A DNA stretch of 64,000 nucleotides from Fibrobacteria bacterium (GTDB lineage Bacteria; Fibrobacterota; Chitinivibrionia; Chitinivibrionales; FEN-1185), in the NCBI GenBank assembly GCA_037447435.1, contig JBBIGR010000008.1, forward strand, positions 1 through 64,000, given 5' to 3'. A program made the position numbers and the translations under genes. Below are positions 9,652 through 19,438 of the stretch, one piece after another (the stretch's first letter is position 1; each line of letters starts with the position of its first letter). Below the pieces are notes generated by a model. It saw nothing but the letters and a program-made list of their open reading frames with translations. It was not told where the DNA came from and ran no database searches.

Positions 9652-11451
9652 TTATCGGTCTGCCGGCAATATGTTTTTTACTTTTGCAACATGCCGGGCA
9701 AAAAATAAAAATTCATTTTCTTTGCTTTTGTTGTTGAGCCACGAACCTATAGGCGCATTGAAACCCGATTTCTTTTTATAAACCGTTTGCCGAGGTAACG
9801 ACGTTTCCATTGCTTTTTTAAGAATATATTTCCCGCAATTCCCCCGGATTTTATAGCGCGACGGAATAGTTGCCGCGTAGGCAACAAGATCGTTATCCAA
9901 AAACGGGCTTCGAGCTTCGAGACCGTAGGCCATGGTGGAACGGTCGACTTTGACCAGAATATCGTCGCAAAGCCAAGTTTTGGCGTCAACATATAAATGT
10001 TGCGAAAGTCGGTCCAAATGCGAAACGGAATCATAATGGCGTTTAAAAATGCGAAAAGGATTTGTGTCTTTGATTTCTTCTGCCGCATGTGCACCGAGAA
10101 TTTTTATCCGTTGGTCTTCGTCAAATAATTCGCGCCAGGTAAAATGCGCTTTTTGGTAATCCATGGTCATGCCGCGGGAAAACTGCTTCAATTTAAATCC
10201 GAAATTCATTTTTTTCCCGCTGTCGAATGCCAATGACGAAAAAGTCTGGGCAACCGCGGTTCGCAAAAAGCCGGGAAACGGCGCACGCAAGGTGTTTGCG
10301 GCCCGGTCTGCCTGATAGGTGATATAGCCGCCGAAAATTTCATCGGCCCCGTCGCCGGAGAGCACGACTTTGACTTTAGATGATGCGAAGCGGGCGATTG
10401 CGACCATCGGCACAAGCGACGTGTCGGCAAAGGGTTCGTCGAAACAGGATACGGCTTTGTTTATGAAATCGTAGTCGTTGCGCAAGTCAACATTGAGCGT
10501 GTTGTGGAACGTGCCGAGAAATTCCGCGACGGTTTTTGCATCGACGGATTCGTCGTAGCTGGATTGGGAAAACCCGACGGAAAATGTCGAGAGCAAGGAT
10601 CTTTTGGGATTGCACAATGCGCAGACCGCGCTCGAATCGAGCCCGCCCGACAATAGCGCCCCGACACCGACATCGGCGACCAGCCTGCGGTTGACGGCAC
10701 CTGTCAATAATGCGCGGACGGTTTCGGCAATTTCGGGTTCAGGATGCGTCGTGGGAGTTTGAAAGCATTTTTTATAGTCCCAATATTCCGATTTTTCTAT
10801 TATGCCGTTGGATGAAACGCGAAGGAACGTAGCTGGTTCAAGTTTATAAATTTCTTTATACAATGTGCACGGACTGAGGATGTAGCCAAGGCTGAAAAAA
10901 TGATTGAGCGCCTCGATGGAAATCGTGCTTTTTTTCGCAATGGAGTCATCGACGAGCAAGGCCGATAATTCGGACGCAAAGCTGAATTCCCGATTTAGTT
11001 CCGTATAGTAAAAAGGCTTTTTGCCGAACCTGTCTCTGGCGCAAATGAGTTGCTTTTCAGTATTATCCCAAATGGCCAGACCGAACATGCCGTTGAATTT
11101 TGCAAAACAGGATGTTCCCCATTGGATGAAAGACTTTAAAACGATTTCGGTATCGCCGGTAGTTCTAAAACGATGCCCGGATTTTTGTAATTGGGTCTTT
11201 AAGTCCCCGAAATTGTAAACTTCCCCATTATATACAATAGTATATCTGTCGCTTTCGTCGGACATGGGTTGATTGGCGGCGGGGGAAAGATCCATAATGG
11301 AAAGCCTTCTGTGTCCTAAAACCGCATGTCGGCCGATGGAAACCACGGTGCCGAAATCAGGACCGCGATGCTTAAGCGCGTCGGTCATTTTCCCGACGGC
11401 CTCCGCCATCGGTTGTTTTGAGAAATTGACTTTACCTGCGATTCCGCACAT
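9652..11451 (-). CDS. asnB: Asparagine synthase (glutamine-hydrolysing) family amidotransferase
   Basis: MCGIAG, HRGPD, HRRLSI, YNGEVYN, RDRFGKKP, LSGGLDSS, SGDGADE, KVDRSTMA. Confidence 0.95.
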   Translation of the reverse strand: MCGIAGKVNFSKQPMAEAVGKMTDALKHRGPDFGTVVSIGRHAVLGHRRLSIMDLSPAANQPMSDESDRYTIVYNGEVYNFGDLKTQLQKSGHRFRTTGDTEIVLKSFIQWGTSCFAKFNGMFGLAIWDNTEKQLICARDRFGKKPFYYTELNREFSFASELSALLVDDSIAKKSTISIEALNHFFSLGYILSPCTLYKEIYKLEPATFLRVSSNGIIEKSEYWDYKKCFQTPTTHPEPEIAETVRALLTGAVNRRLVADVGVGALLSGGLDSSAVCALCNPKRSLLSTFSVGFSQSSYDESVDAKTVAEFLGTFHNTLNVDLRNDYDFINKAVSCFDEPFADTSLVPMVAIARFASSKVKVVLSGDGADEIFGGYITYQADRAANTLRAPFPGFLRTAVAQTFSSLAFDSGKKMNFGFKLKQFSRGMTMDYQKAHFTWRELFDEDQRIKILGAHAAEEIKDTNPFRIFKRHYDSVSHLDRLSQHLYVDAKTWLCDDILVKVDRSTMAYGLEARSPFLDNDLVAYAATIPSRYKIRGNCGKYILKKAMETSLPRQTVYKKKSGFNAPIGSWLNNKSKENEFLFFARHVAKVKNILPADR

Positions 11452-11604
11452 ACGGTATAAAAAAGGGAAAAATGGTTATGGTTATTTGGAACAGGCGCAA
11501 ATTACCTTGAGCATAATTGAGTATAATATAGTTGCTCTAGGATGTCTATAAACCGCATTGTTTGCATTCCAGTCAGTGATTTTTCCGATTCGTTATATGC
11601 GCCA

Positions 11605-11986
11605 ATAGGGGAAAACCATAATGCCTACCTACGGCGATTCCATGTATTCCTATGGAAATGACGCCCGATGCGTCATAGGCGGCTTTTTGGATTTCCCACA
11701 ACCGATTGTATGACCTTAAGCATAAATACCATCCTGTTGTATAGGCGGTTTTTCAAGTTTTTTCATGGGAGATAAATATGTTTTACCTATGAAAAATATT
11801 GTCATAGGGTAATTTAGAATTGACGAGACGATAAATAAAACGCATCGCGCGCCGTGTGTTTACATGTTGTAATGATTGCGCGGGGATCGCCGGTTGGACG
11901 GATGAGGGCTTTTTCATAGGGAAGTCGGCGGGAAAAACATTTGACACATTGTTTGAAAAATAGTATTAATATGATATCGTTATAGG
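11605..11986. repeat. Cluster of about nine (C/T)ATAGG motifs in both orientations in the asnB/SWIB intergenic region
   Basis: Copies at 11605, 11649 (rev), 11674, 11740, 11764 (variant), 11786 (rev), 11803, 11915, 11981. Confidence 0.5.
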
Positions 11987-12023
11987 TATGGTTCTTCAAA
12001 AACACTTTCTAGGAGGTTTACAG

Positions 12024-12317
12024 ATGGCAGCCAAGAAAAAGGCACCGGCTAAGAAGAAAACCGCTCGCAAACCAAACGCAGCGTTCATGAAGCCCATGAC
12101 ACCCGACGATGTTCTCGCAGAAGTCATCGGTTCCAAGGCAATCCCCAGAACTGAAATCACAAAGAAACTGTGGGCGTATATCAAGAAAAACAGCCTTCAG
12201 GACAAAGTCAATAAGAGGAACATCAACGCCGACGACAAACTCAAAGCAGTATTTGGCGGCAAGAAGACTGTTTCAATGTTCGAAATGACAAAACTCGTTT
12301 CAAAGCATTTCAAATAA
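12024..12317 (+). CDS. Stand-alone SWIB/MDM2-domain protein with Lys/Ala-rich N-terminal tail
   Basis: AGGAGG RBS before ATG 12024; AFMKPM...LAEVIG...PRTEITKKLWAYIKKNSLQD..NKRNINADDKLKAVFG...MFEMTKLVSKH. Confidence 0.93.
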   Translation: MAAKKKAPAKKKTARKPNAAFMKPMTPDDVLAEVIGSKAIPRTEITKKLWAYIKKNSLQDKVNKRNINADDKLKAVFGGKKTVSMFEMTKLVSKHFK

Positions 12318-12340
12318 GTCGTTTTTTCTTCTTAATAAAT

Positions 12341-12372
12341 GAGGCTCGGGTTTTATCATCCGGGCCTTTTTT
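12341..12372 (+). terminator. Rho-independent terminator after the SWIB gene
   Basis: GAGGCTCGG...CCGGGCC followed by TTTTTT. Confidence 0.75.
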
Positions 12373-12510
12373 GTTTCAATTTTTCCGCATAAAAAAATCC
12401 ACTGTCCATACTTTGCTCTTCTTTGTTTAGTCAGGTATTTTAATGCTTCATTAATCCGTTGCCGGCAAGGAGAAAGTTGCGGCTACATAGGCACTAAGGA
12501 GATCGGAGAC

Positions 12511-15500
12511 ATGGATTTGGGAAACAAACATTCGCGCATATCGGTATCGGTAGATAATAAAAAAATAGAAGTGTACGATAATTTAACCGTTCTGCAGGCG
12601 TTGATTCAGGAAGGCATACATATTCCTCATCTTTGTTACGACATGCGGCTCACTCGTTCCAATGGAAATTGCGGATTGTGCGTGGTGGAAATCGGCGACG
12701 ATACCACCGCGGTTAAATCGTGTCAGACACCGATAATTGCAGGAATGAAGATCACTACCCAAAGCCCCAGACTCGAAGCGTATCGCAAAATCCGTATCGA
12801 ACAATTGTTGTCGGACCATAATGCCGATTGCGTCGCGCCTTGCGTAACGACCTGTCCGGCAAATATCGATATTCAAACGTATTTGCGACAGGTAGGCAAT
12901 GGAAATTACGAGGCGGCGGTTCGGGTAATAAAAGACAGAAACCCGTTTCCCAGTGTTTGCGGCCGGGTTTGTCCGCATCCCTGCGAGTCGAAATGCCGGA
13001 GAAACCTGGTCGATTCCCCTGTTGCAATTAATTACGTGAAACGGTTTGCCGCAGACTGGGACATGCGCCGCGACAACCCCTGGATACCGCGAAAAATGAA
13101 CGCGACAAGAAAAAAGATCGCGATAGTCGGGGCAGGGCCTTCCGGTTTGTCCGCGGCCTATTATTCCGCAGTCAACGGACACGATGTGACCGTTTTCGAG
13201 CGTCAAAGCCAAAGCGGCGGTATGATGCGGTACGGGATCCCCGCGTATCGGTTGCCGAGGGATACTCTTGACAAAGAGATAAACGTCATGCGGCAATTGG
13301 GAGTGAAAATCATGACCGGGAAGTCTTTGGGTACCCATGTCAGACTCGAGGACCTGCAGGCGGATTTTGACGCGGTGTATCTTGCGATCGGTTCCTGGCG
13401 GGCAACACCGTTGCAAATAGACGGGGAAAATTCGAAAGGCGTTTGGCTTGGAATACAATATCTGGAGCAGGTTGCAAACGGCATCGATGTCGAATTGGGT
13501 GAAACGGTCGTTGTCATCGGCGGAGGGAACACGGCGATAGATTGCGCAAGAACGTGTCTTCGAAAAGGTGCCGGCCAGGTGAAACTGGTATATCGCCGTA
13601 CGCAGCAGGAAATGCCTGCGGAAGCGTTTGAAGTCCGCGAAGCAATGGCAGAAGGCGTGGAAATGGTGTTTCTCACCGCACCAACGAAAATCGTGCAAAA
13701 CGGCGCTTCCAAGGAATTGCATTGCATTAAAATGGCATTGGGCGAACCCGACCGTTCGGGCAGACGCAGGCCGGTCCCGGTTGAGGGAAGCGAATTTGCC
13801 ATTAGCGCGGACACCGTGATCGGCGCGATAGGCCAGAGCACCAATACGCAGTTTTTGTATAACGATTTACCGGTGCAACTTAACAAATGGGGAGACATAG
13901 AAATAAACGGCAAGACCATGCAGACGTCGGTAACCAAAGTCTTTGCCGGCGGCGACTGCGTGACCGGGCCGGCCACCGTCATACAGGCCGTGGGCGCGGG
14001 CCGGCGGGCCGCGGAAGCGATGGACTTCTTCCTGACAAAAGGGTATGTCCGGGAAGAAAACACCAATTACGCGTGTTCGCGCGGATCGCTTGAAGATCTT
14101 CCCAAATGGGAATTTGAAGATATCCCCCGGGTTAGCCGCGCGACGATGCACGAGATCGAAGCCGACAAGCGGCGGACGGGGTTTTTGGAAGTGGAAACGG
14201 GTTTGTCCGAAGACGAAGCGCAGAAAGAGGCGCGGCGATGCCTGAAATGCGGTTGCGCGGTCAGATTCACCTGCGATTTGCGGCAGGAAGCGCGGGCGCT
14301 TGACGTGGCGTTTAAAAAGCCCCTTCATGAAAGGCCGTTTATTCCTATTGTAAACGACCATCCGTTTATCATCCGCGACCACAACAAATGCATTTCGTGC
14401 GGCAGGTGCATTGTCGCATGCCAGGAAATCGAAGGTCCCGACGTGCTCGGGTTTTACATAAAGCAAGGCAGGCAGCTGGTGGGGACGAAGTCGGGAAAGC
14501 CGTTGCAAAAAACCGATTGCGTGAGTTGCGGCCAATGCGTTACCGCCTGCCCGTGCGGGGCCCTTGAATACCGCCGGGAACGGGGAAAAGTATTTAGGGC
14601 GATAAACGATCCTAAAAAAACAGTGGTCGGCTTTGTGGCGCCCGCGGTGCGGAGCGTCGTGTCGTCGGCATTCGATGTGCCGTTTGACAAGGCTTCGGCC
14701 TATATGGCGGGACTTCTCAAAAAAATAGGGTTCGACAAGGTGTTCGATTTTTCATTCGCCGCGGACCTGACCATTGTTGAAGAGACGACGGAATTTTTTT
14801 CGCGAAAGCAAAACAACGTGAAAATGCCGCAGTTCACGTCGTGCTGCCCGGGTTGGGTGAATCTTGTCGAACGCAGATATCCCGCGCTCATTCCGCATTT
14901 GTCGTCGTGCAAATCGCCGCAACAAATGATGGGCGCGACGGTCAAAAACCATTTCGCAAACAAGGCAGGCCTTACGCGCGACGATCTTTTCGTGGTGTCT
15001 ATCGTTCCGTGCCTGGCGAAAAAATACGAAGCTGCGCGTCCCGAGTTTGCGCCGGACAATATCCGGGACGTTGATGCGGTCCTCACGACCACGGAAATGA
15101 TGGAAATGCTGAAGCTTGCCAGAATAGATACCGGCACGGTCGTACCAATGGAATTCGACGAACCGTACAAACGGGTCACGGGAGCGGGCGTATTGTTCGG
15201 GGCATCCGGAGGCGTCGCGGAGGCGGTGCTGCGCATGGCGGTCGACAGGCTGGCCGGCGCCGGCGCGACTAAGGACCGCGTTGACTATAAAGAAGTACGC
15301 GGGTTTGCCGGGGTAAAAGAGACCACTGTTTCGATAGGTGAACACACGATACGGGTGGCGGTCATTTCGGGCCTGGCGAATGTCGAACCCATTGCCGAAA
15401 GAATCTTGGCCGGTGAAGATGTCGGGTACGATATCATCGAGGTCATGGCCTGTCCGGGCGGATGCATCTGCGGCGCGGGCCATCCTGTTCCCCAGAAAGT

Positions 15501-15960
15501 GGACACACTTGAAAAACGGCAAAACGTGCTGGTGGACATAGACAAAACGTCCACCTTCAGGAAATCCCAGGAAAACCCGGATATTTTGAAATTGTACGAA
15601 GATTTTTACCGGGAAGCAAATTCGCCGATCGCGCATAAGCTTTTGCATACGTCCTATGCGCCCTGCAACGGGGATTCTCAAATCGCCGATATCAAGAAGA
15701 AAGACGATTCCGCATTCGTTACACACGAGTTCACCGTATGCGTTTGTGGGTCGTGCCTTGCCAAGGGCTCGCAGGCGGTTTTCGACGAAATGGACAACCG
15801 GGTCAGGGTCTTGAAAATGGATTCGTTTGTGAAGGTCAAATCCATAAAACGGACGACCTGCGGAAGCGAAAGCGGAATCAACGTCACGCTCGACGGCAAA
15901 CGTATAGACCCGCAAAAGCTTTCGAATTTGTATCAAAGCATAAAGGTGTCGGCGTCGTGA
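12511..15960 (+). CDS. hydA: [FeFe]-hydrogenase fused to a GltD/SudA-like FAD/NAD(P)H oxidoreductase module
   Basis: N-terminal 2Fe-2S (IPHLC...CGLCVV...SC); CGRVCPHPCE, GAGPSG, GGGNTAID, YRR; 2x4Fe-4S; H-cluster motifs TSCCPGW, VPCLAKKYE, EVMACPGGCICG; RKSQENP small-subunit region; C-terminal CVCGSC. Confidence 0.92.
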   Translation: MDLGNKHSRISVSVDNKKIEVYDNLTVLQALIQEGIHIPHLCYDMRLTRSNGNCGLCVVEIGDDTTAVKSCQTPIIAGMKITTQSPRLEAYRKIRIEQLLSDHNADCVAPCVTTCPANIDIQTYLRQVGNGNYEAAVRVIKDRNPFPSVCGRVCPHPCESKCRRNLVDSPVAINYVKRFAADWDMRRDNPWIPRKMNATRKKIAIVGAGPSGLSAAYYSAVNGHDVTVFERQSQSGGMMRYGIPAYRLPRDTLDKEINVMRQLGVKIMTGKSLGTHVRLEDLQADFDAVYLAIGSWRATPLQIDGENSKGVWLGIQYLEQVANGIDVELGETVVVIGGGNTAIDCARTCLRKGAGQVKLVYRRTQQEMPAEAFEVREAMAEGVEMVFLTAPTKIVQNGASKELHCIKMALGEPDRSGRRRPVPVEGSEFAISADTVIGAIGQSTNTQFLYNDLPVQLNKWGDIEINGKTMQTSVTKVFAGGDCVTGPATVIQAVGAGRRAAEAMDFFLTKGYVREENTNYACSRGSLEDLPKWEFEDIPRVSRATMHEIEADKRRTGFLEVETGLSEDEAQKEARRCLKCGCAVRFTCDLRQEARALDVAFKKPLHERPFIPIVNDHPFIIRDHNKCISCGRCIVACQEIEGPDVLGFYIKQGRQLVGTKSGKPLQKTDCVSCGQCVTACPCGALEYRRERGKVFRAINDPKKTVVGFVAPAVRSVVSSAFDVPFDKASAYMAGLLKKIGFDKVFDFSFAADLTIVEETTEFFSRKQNNVKMPQFTSCCPGWVNLVERRYPALIPHLSSCKSPQQMMGATVKNHFANKAGLTRDDLFVVSIVPCLAKKYEAARPEFAPDNIRDVDAVLTTTEMMEMLKLARIDTGTVVPMEFDEPYKRVTGAGVLFGASGGVAEAVLRMAVDRLAGAGATKDRVDYKEVRGFAGVKETTVSIGEHTIRVAVISGLANVEPIAERILAGEDVGYDIIEVMACPGGCICGAGHPVPQKVDTLEKRQNVLVDIDKTSTFRKSQENPDILKLYEDFYREANSPIAHKLLHTSYAPCNGDSQIADIKKKDDSAFVTHEFTVCVCGSCLAKGSQAVFDEMDNRVRVLKMDSFVKVKSIKRTTCGSESGINVTLDGKRIDPQKLSNLYQSIKVSAS

Positions 15961-15967
15961 GTGGAAA

Positions 15968-16004
15968 CAAAAAGGCCGGGATTTTAACAATCCTGGCCTT
16001 TTTG
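15968..16004. terminator. Bidirectional terminator between convergent genes
   Basis: CAAAAAGGCCGGGATT-ttaac-AATCCTGGCCTTTTTG with A/T tracts on both sides. Confidence 0.85.
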
Positions 16005-16025
16005 CTTTTTACCAAGGGAATCTTT

Positions 16026-16817
16026 TCACTGGCACGCAATGGTTCTGTGGTTGTAAAGTTTTGAATCCCAGCAATAGGATACGTTTTTCAAAACATCCGT
16101 CAGCGATCCTGCCTCGGTAAATTCGTCCCAGGTTATCAGGTACTTTTCGGGCTTTGCGGATCCATACGCTTCGAACGATTTCGTTCTTCCGGCAGACGAC
16201 CATTTCATATACGAGCCGAAATCCTTATCGCCGGATTTGATATTTGTGACAGTCAATTGCCCGTTTGTCGCGTCCGTGAAGTCGTATGCGAACCGATAAA
16301 ATCCGGGGTTTCCCGCGGCAGTGTCATAGAATGTCCAGTATCCGACTTTGCCGGTTATCGTGGCAGTACCGTCGAACCAGGTAAAATTCTTTAAAGCACC
16401 GGTTGTGACCGTCATGCTGTAGCGGGCGGAATCCCCATCGACGCGGGCGATAAGGACCGCACTGTCGGTAGCGTTGCTGACAACCCATTTCCAGCCGCTG
16501 TTATCGGCCAGGGCGGTCGGTTTGACGATGCGGCACAGTTTGAACAATTCGACCGGCTTAACAAGGGACGCTTGAATATTGATTGACCAATAAGATACAG
16601 CCGTGTATGCAAGCACGAATACGGCGTTTGAATCGGCCGTGGATTTTTGTAAAGTCTGCGCTGCGGGTGTCGCTGTTCCCATTGAAGGAATCGTCATGCT
16701 CAATTCGGATGGAACCGTCGGGGCGCCGCTTTGTTTGGGTCCAATGATATTGTTAGTGCAGCCGATGGCAAAAACCAACATCGATGCTGCGAGAGTCGAA
16801 ACGATTGCCTTTTTCAT
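16026..16817 (-). CDS. Hypothetical lipoprotein, beta-rich
   Basis: AAGGAG RBS before ATG 16817; MKKAIVSTLAASMLVFAIG-C lipobox. Confidence 0.75.
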   Translation of the reverse strand: MKKAIVSTLAASMLVFAIGCTNNIIGPKQSGAPTVPSELSMTIPSMGTATPAAQTLQKSTADSNAVFVLAYTAVSYWSINIQASLVKPVELFKLCRIVKPTALADNSGWKWVVSNATDSAVLIARVDGDSARYSMTVTTGALKNFTWFDGTATITGKVGYWTFYDTAAGNPGFYRFAYDFTDATNGQLTVTNIKSGDKDFGSYMKWSSAGRTKSFEAYGSAKPEKYLITWDEFTEAGSLTDVLKNVSYCWDSKLYNHRTIACQ

Positions 16818-17040
16818 AGGCGTCTCCTTTTTATAAGGTGAAAGAATTTTCATTTTTTTTGCAAGTTCACACCTTCCGTACAACAAGGATAAATGCAAGC
16901 GATATGCCAAGGCTTGTTTGAATGCGTAACAGATTATAGATACGAAGGTTATGAAAACCTATTACCCGGTAAAAGAAAAGTAAGTATCAAAAACGATACT
17001 GTTTTAAGAGGGGGTATTATCATAAGTGATACGGGATAAT

Positions 17041-18186
17041 TTACTTCAAAACAAAAATAAGCAACGATGCTGCAAGAGGGAAAAGAATGCCGAAATAGGG
17101 AATGGAAATACCGAGTATACAGCAAAAGCACGCAAGACCGAATAATGCGGAGCTGCTTCCGTCCCAATCGGATTTGTTCCAGCGCAGTGCAAAGCTGAGG
17201 CAAACGGTAAAACCGGAAGCGAATGCCGCCCCGACCCGTAATAACGGTAACGCCGCAAACAAATGACCGAGCAGGACCGTTTTTACCAATAATGCAAGGG
17301 GAAAAAAGGCAAAGACCAGAATGCAAAGCAGTATGTTGACAAAGAATACATTGTGCGGTTTAAAAGAATAGTACGGGCAAGACGCGGCTTTTTCCGCGGA
17401 ATTGCTCATCGCAGTCGTCATTTCCAATAATACGATTGTCGGCGGAATGCATCCTAAAAAACAGAGAAAAAGAGTTTGGGACGACGGGGTGAAAATAATG
17501 ACCGTCACGTAAAAAACAACGGCAATAAGCATAAAAGCGGCGGTGCTCAAAGGCGAGGTCCTGAGGATATAAAGAAATTGCCTGCGGAGAATGATTTTTT
17601 GTTCGTTTGACAAAAACGGAATTGAAAAACGGGAAAATTTTGAAGACATTGCGGCCGAAAAGAACGAAAACAGGTTCTTTTGTGAAAATGAAAATAGCGA
17701 ACGGGACGGCGGGTCTTTTTTTGACGGCCGGATGATTTTTGCTTTTATAAGCAGCCAAACGGATACTAAGGAGCAAACAATTTCGCCGGACATAATTTCG
17801 AAACTGGAAATGGTTTCTTTCACCGCGATATCGTGGTAACAAATGCTTCGCATGCCAAAAAAGACCAGGGCCGCAATAGCGCAAATCAACGACAATTCGA
17901 CGGTTTTTTTCGTAATAAAATCCAGTACCAATTTCCGTCGGAACGAATACGCAATTCCGAGAATAAACGCCCAATCGTTTTTTCGGGGGGACTTGACAAA
18001 AGTGTATGTCTTAGTCAAAACATACAGGAACCAGGCAAACGGAACGAAGAACAGAACCGGTTGCGCTTCATAGAGCGGCCCCAGCCCCGAAATGACGCCG
18101 ATTACGCTGCCGATAATCAGAATGTCGGTGATTTTTGCGTTGGAGCCGAAAAAGCTTTTTGAAATTTGCTCGTGGAATTTTATCAT
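17041..18186 (-). CDS. Membrane protein, probable ABC exporter permease
   Basis: About 10 hydrophobic segments; overlaps the stop of the ABC ATPase. Confidence 0.65.
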   Translation of the reverse strand: MIKFHEQISKSFFGSNAKITDILIIGSVIGVISGLGPLYEAQPVLFFVPFAWFLYVLTKTYTFVKSPRKNDWAFILGIAYSFRRKLVLDFITKKTVELSLICAIAALVFFGMRSICYHDIAVKETISSFEIMSGEIVCSLVSVWLLIKAKIIRPSKKDPPSRSLFSFSQKNLFSFFSAAMSSKFSRFSIPFLSNEQKIILRRQFLYILRTSPLSTAAFMLIAVVFYVTVIIFTPSSQTLFLCFLGCIPPTIVLLEMTTAMSNSAEKAASCPYYSFKPHNVFFVNILLCILVFAFFPLALLVKTVLLGHLFAALPLLRVGAAFASGFTVCLSFALRWNKSDWDGSSSALFGLACFCCILGISIPYFGILFPLAASLLIFVLK

Positions 18187-18965
18187 TGGATGTTCGATTG
18201 GTCCTGATTTTCCATTATGCCGGACTCGGGCTTATCGAACATGGCCATATAAATTTCTTCCAAGGTTTTTTTCTGCCGCCATTGTTCGAAAACGCCCTGC
18301 AATGTTCCGCCGTATGCCATGTTCCCGTGAGTCAGAAGGAGCACATTGTCTGCGGTTTTTTCAACAAAATCAAGAATGTGCGACGCTATCAGGCTGCCGA
18401 TGCCCTGGTCTTTTTTCAAGGCCAGTATCTTTTTAAGCCCGAAAACCGAAACAGGATCAAGTCCGTTTGTCGGTTCGTCGAGGACCACAAATGCTGGATT
18501 ACCCAGAAAAGCGATTGCAATGGCGATTTTTTTCCGCATGCCGGTCGAACAGTCGCCGCATCTTTTTTCCGATAACCATTCTTCTATATGAAGAAGCCTT
18601 TTAAAAATATCCATTTCCCTGTCAAATTTTTCGTGAGATACGTTTCTGATATCGGCAACAAGCGAAAGAATTTCGATTCCGGTCAGCGCATCGTCGAGAA
18701 CGGGGGTTTCCGGCGCAAAGCCGATAGAATAATCGGCCATAATATTGCCGTTTTGTTCGACGATCGGTTTCTCGTTAATAAAATAATTGCCTTTAAAATT
18801 TATGAGCTGTCCCAACAGAATCCGTATCAATGTCGTTTTCCCGCTGCCGTTTGCACCGGCAAGGCCGGTTACCTGATTCGAAACAATGTCGAAACAAATA
18901 TCTTTGAGGCTATTGGGCAATTGTTTCGAATAGGCAAATGACAAATGGTCGAATTTGAATTGCAT
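18183..18965 (-). CDS. ABC-2 type transporter ATP-binding protein
   Basis: GANGSGKTT, CSTGMRKK signature, VLDEPTNGLDP, ASH. Confidence 0.93.
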   Translation of the reverse strand: MQFKFDHLSFAYSKQLPNSLKDICFDIVSNQVTGLAGANGSGKTTLIRILLGQLINFKGNYFINEKPIVEQNGNIMADYSIGFAPETPVLDDALTGIEILSLVADIRNVSHEKFDREMDIFKRLLHIEEWLSEKRCGDCSTGMRKKIAIAIAFLGNPAFVVLDEPTNGLDPVSVFGLKKILALKKDQGIGSLIASHILDFVEKTADNVLLLTHGNMAYGGTLQGVFEQWRQKKTLEEIYMAMFDKPESGIMENQDQSNIQ

Positions 18966-19127
18966 TGGACGGTGCCTTTGAAAAAAAATACCAAACGAAT
19001 AAAGGATACAGGCTTTGCGACATGGTATTACATATAGAAATTCTTTGTCTAGGAAAATATAACGGTACGATGCTCTTAGCCAATCCCTTGATTCGCAACT
19101 GGATAGTTATAGCTGAGATTATTATCT

Positions 19128-19145
19128 AACCGCGGTACCGAGGTT
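19128..19145. promoter_or_regulatory. 18-bp near-perfect palindrome AACCGCGGTACCGAGGTT
   Basis: One mismatched pair; GC-rich island in an AT-rich divergent intergenic region. Confidence 0.35.
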
Positions 19146-19224
19146 TACCGAGCGTATAATTTATATATAATTACTAATACTACGCATTTGAAATACAAAT
19201 ATGATTCCAAGATCATTATTATTA

Positions 19225-19253
19225 TTGACATCATAAATCCATGACTATATCAT
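19225..19253 (+). promoter_or_regulatory. Sigma70-type promoter for the HTH/Agl-Glt-like unit
   Basis: TTGACA-17 bp-TATCAT. Confidence 0.65.
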
Positions 19254-19438
19254 TAGATCAGGCGTGTGGACGGTATTATACTCGGGTTCTTGGACAGTTT
19301 AATTACATAAAAATCAATACATTATCAGATAATACAATGGGCGGTATAACTTGCGAAAAGATATACCACAGGTTGTGTTGTCTGAATTAGCGTTTTGTAA
19401 ACATTTTTAATGACGAATAGGGTTGGGAGGTGAGTACA

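Noticed and set aside
11605..11986. Possible CRISPR array, given ~65 bp spacing of ATAGG
   Set aside because: Only 5-6 bp are shared, orientations are mixed, spacing is irregular and there are no cas genes.
12583..15990. Long minus-strand ORFs (379, 287, 222 and 412 aa) opposite the hydrogenase
   Set aside because: Antisense shadows of a GC-rich gene with no recognisable motifs.
16946..17040. Several short hairpins downstream of the ABC permease
   Set aside because: Stems are only 5-6 bp and AT-rich, with no recognisable RNA family.
19225..19253. Classical MerR-activated promoter (TCAT...ATGA dyad in the spacer)
   Set aside because: The spacer is 17 bp rather than 19-20 bp, and the HTH protein has no obvious effector domain.
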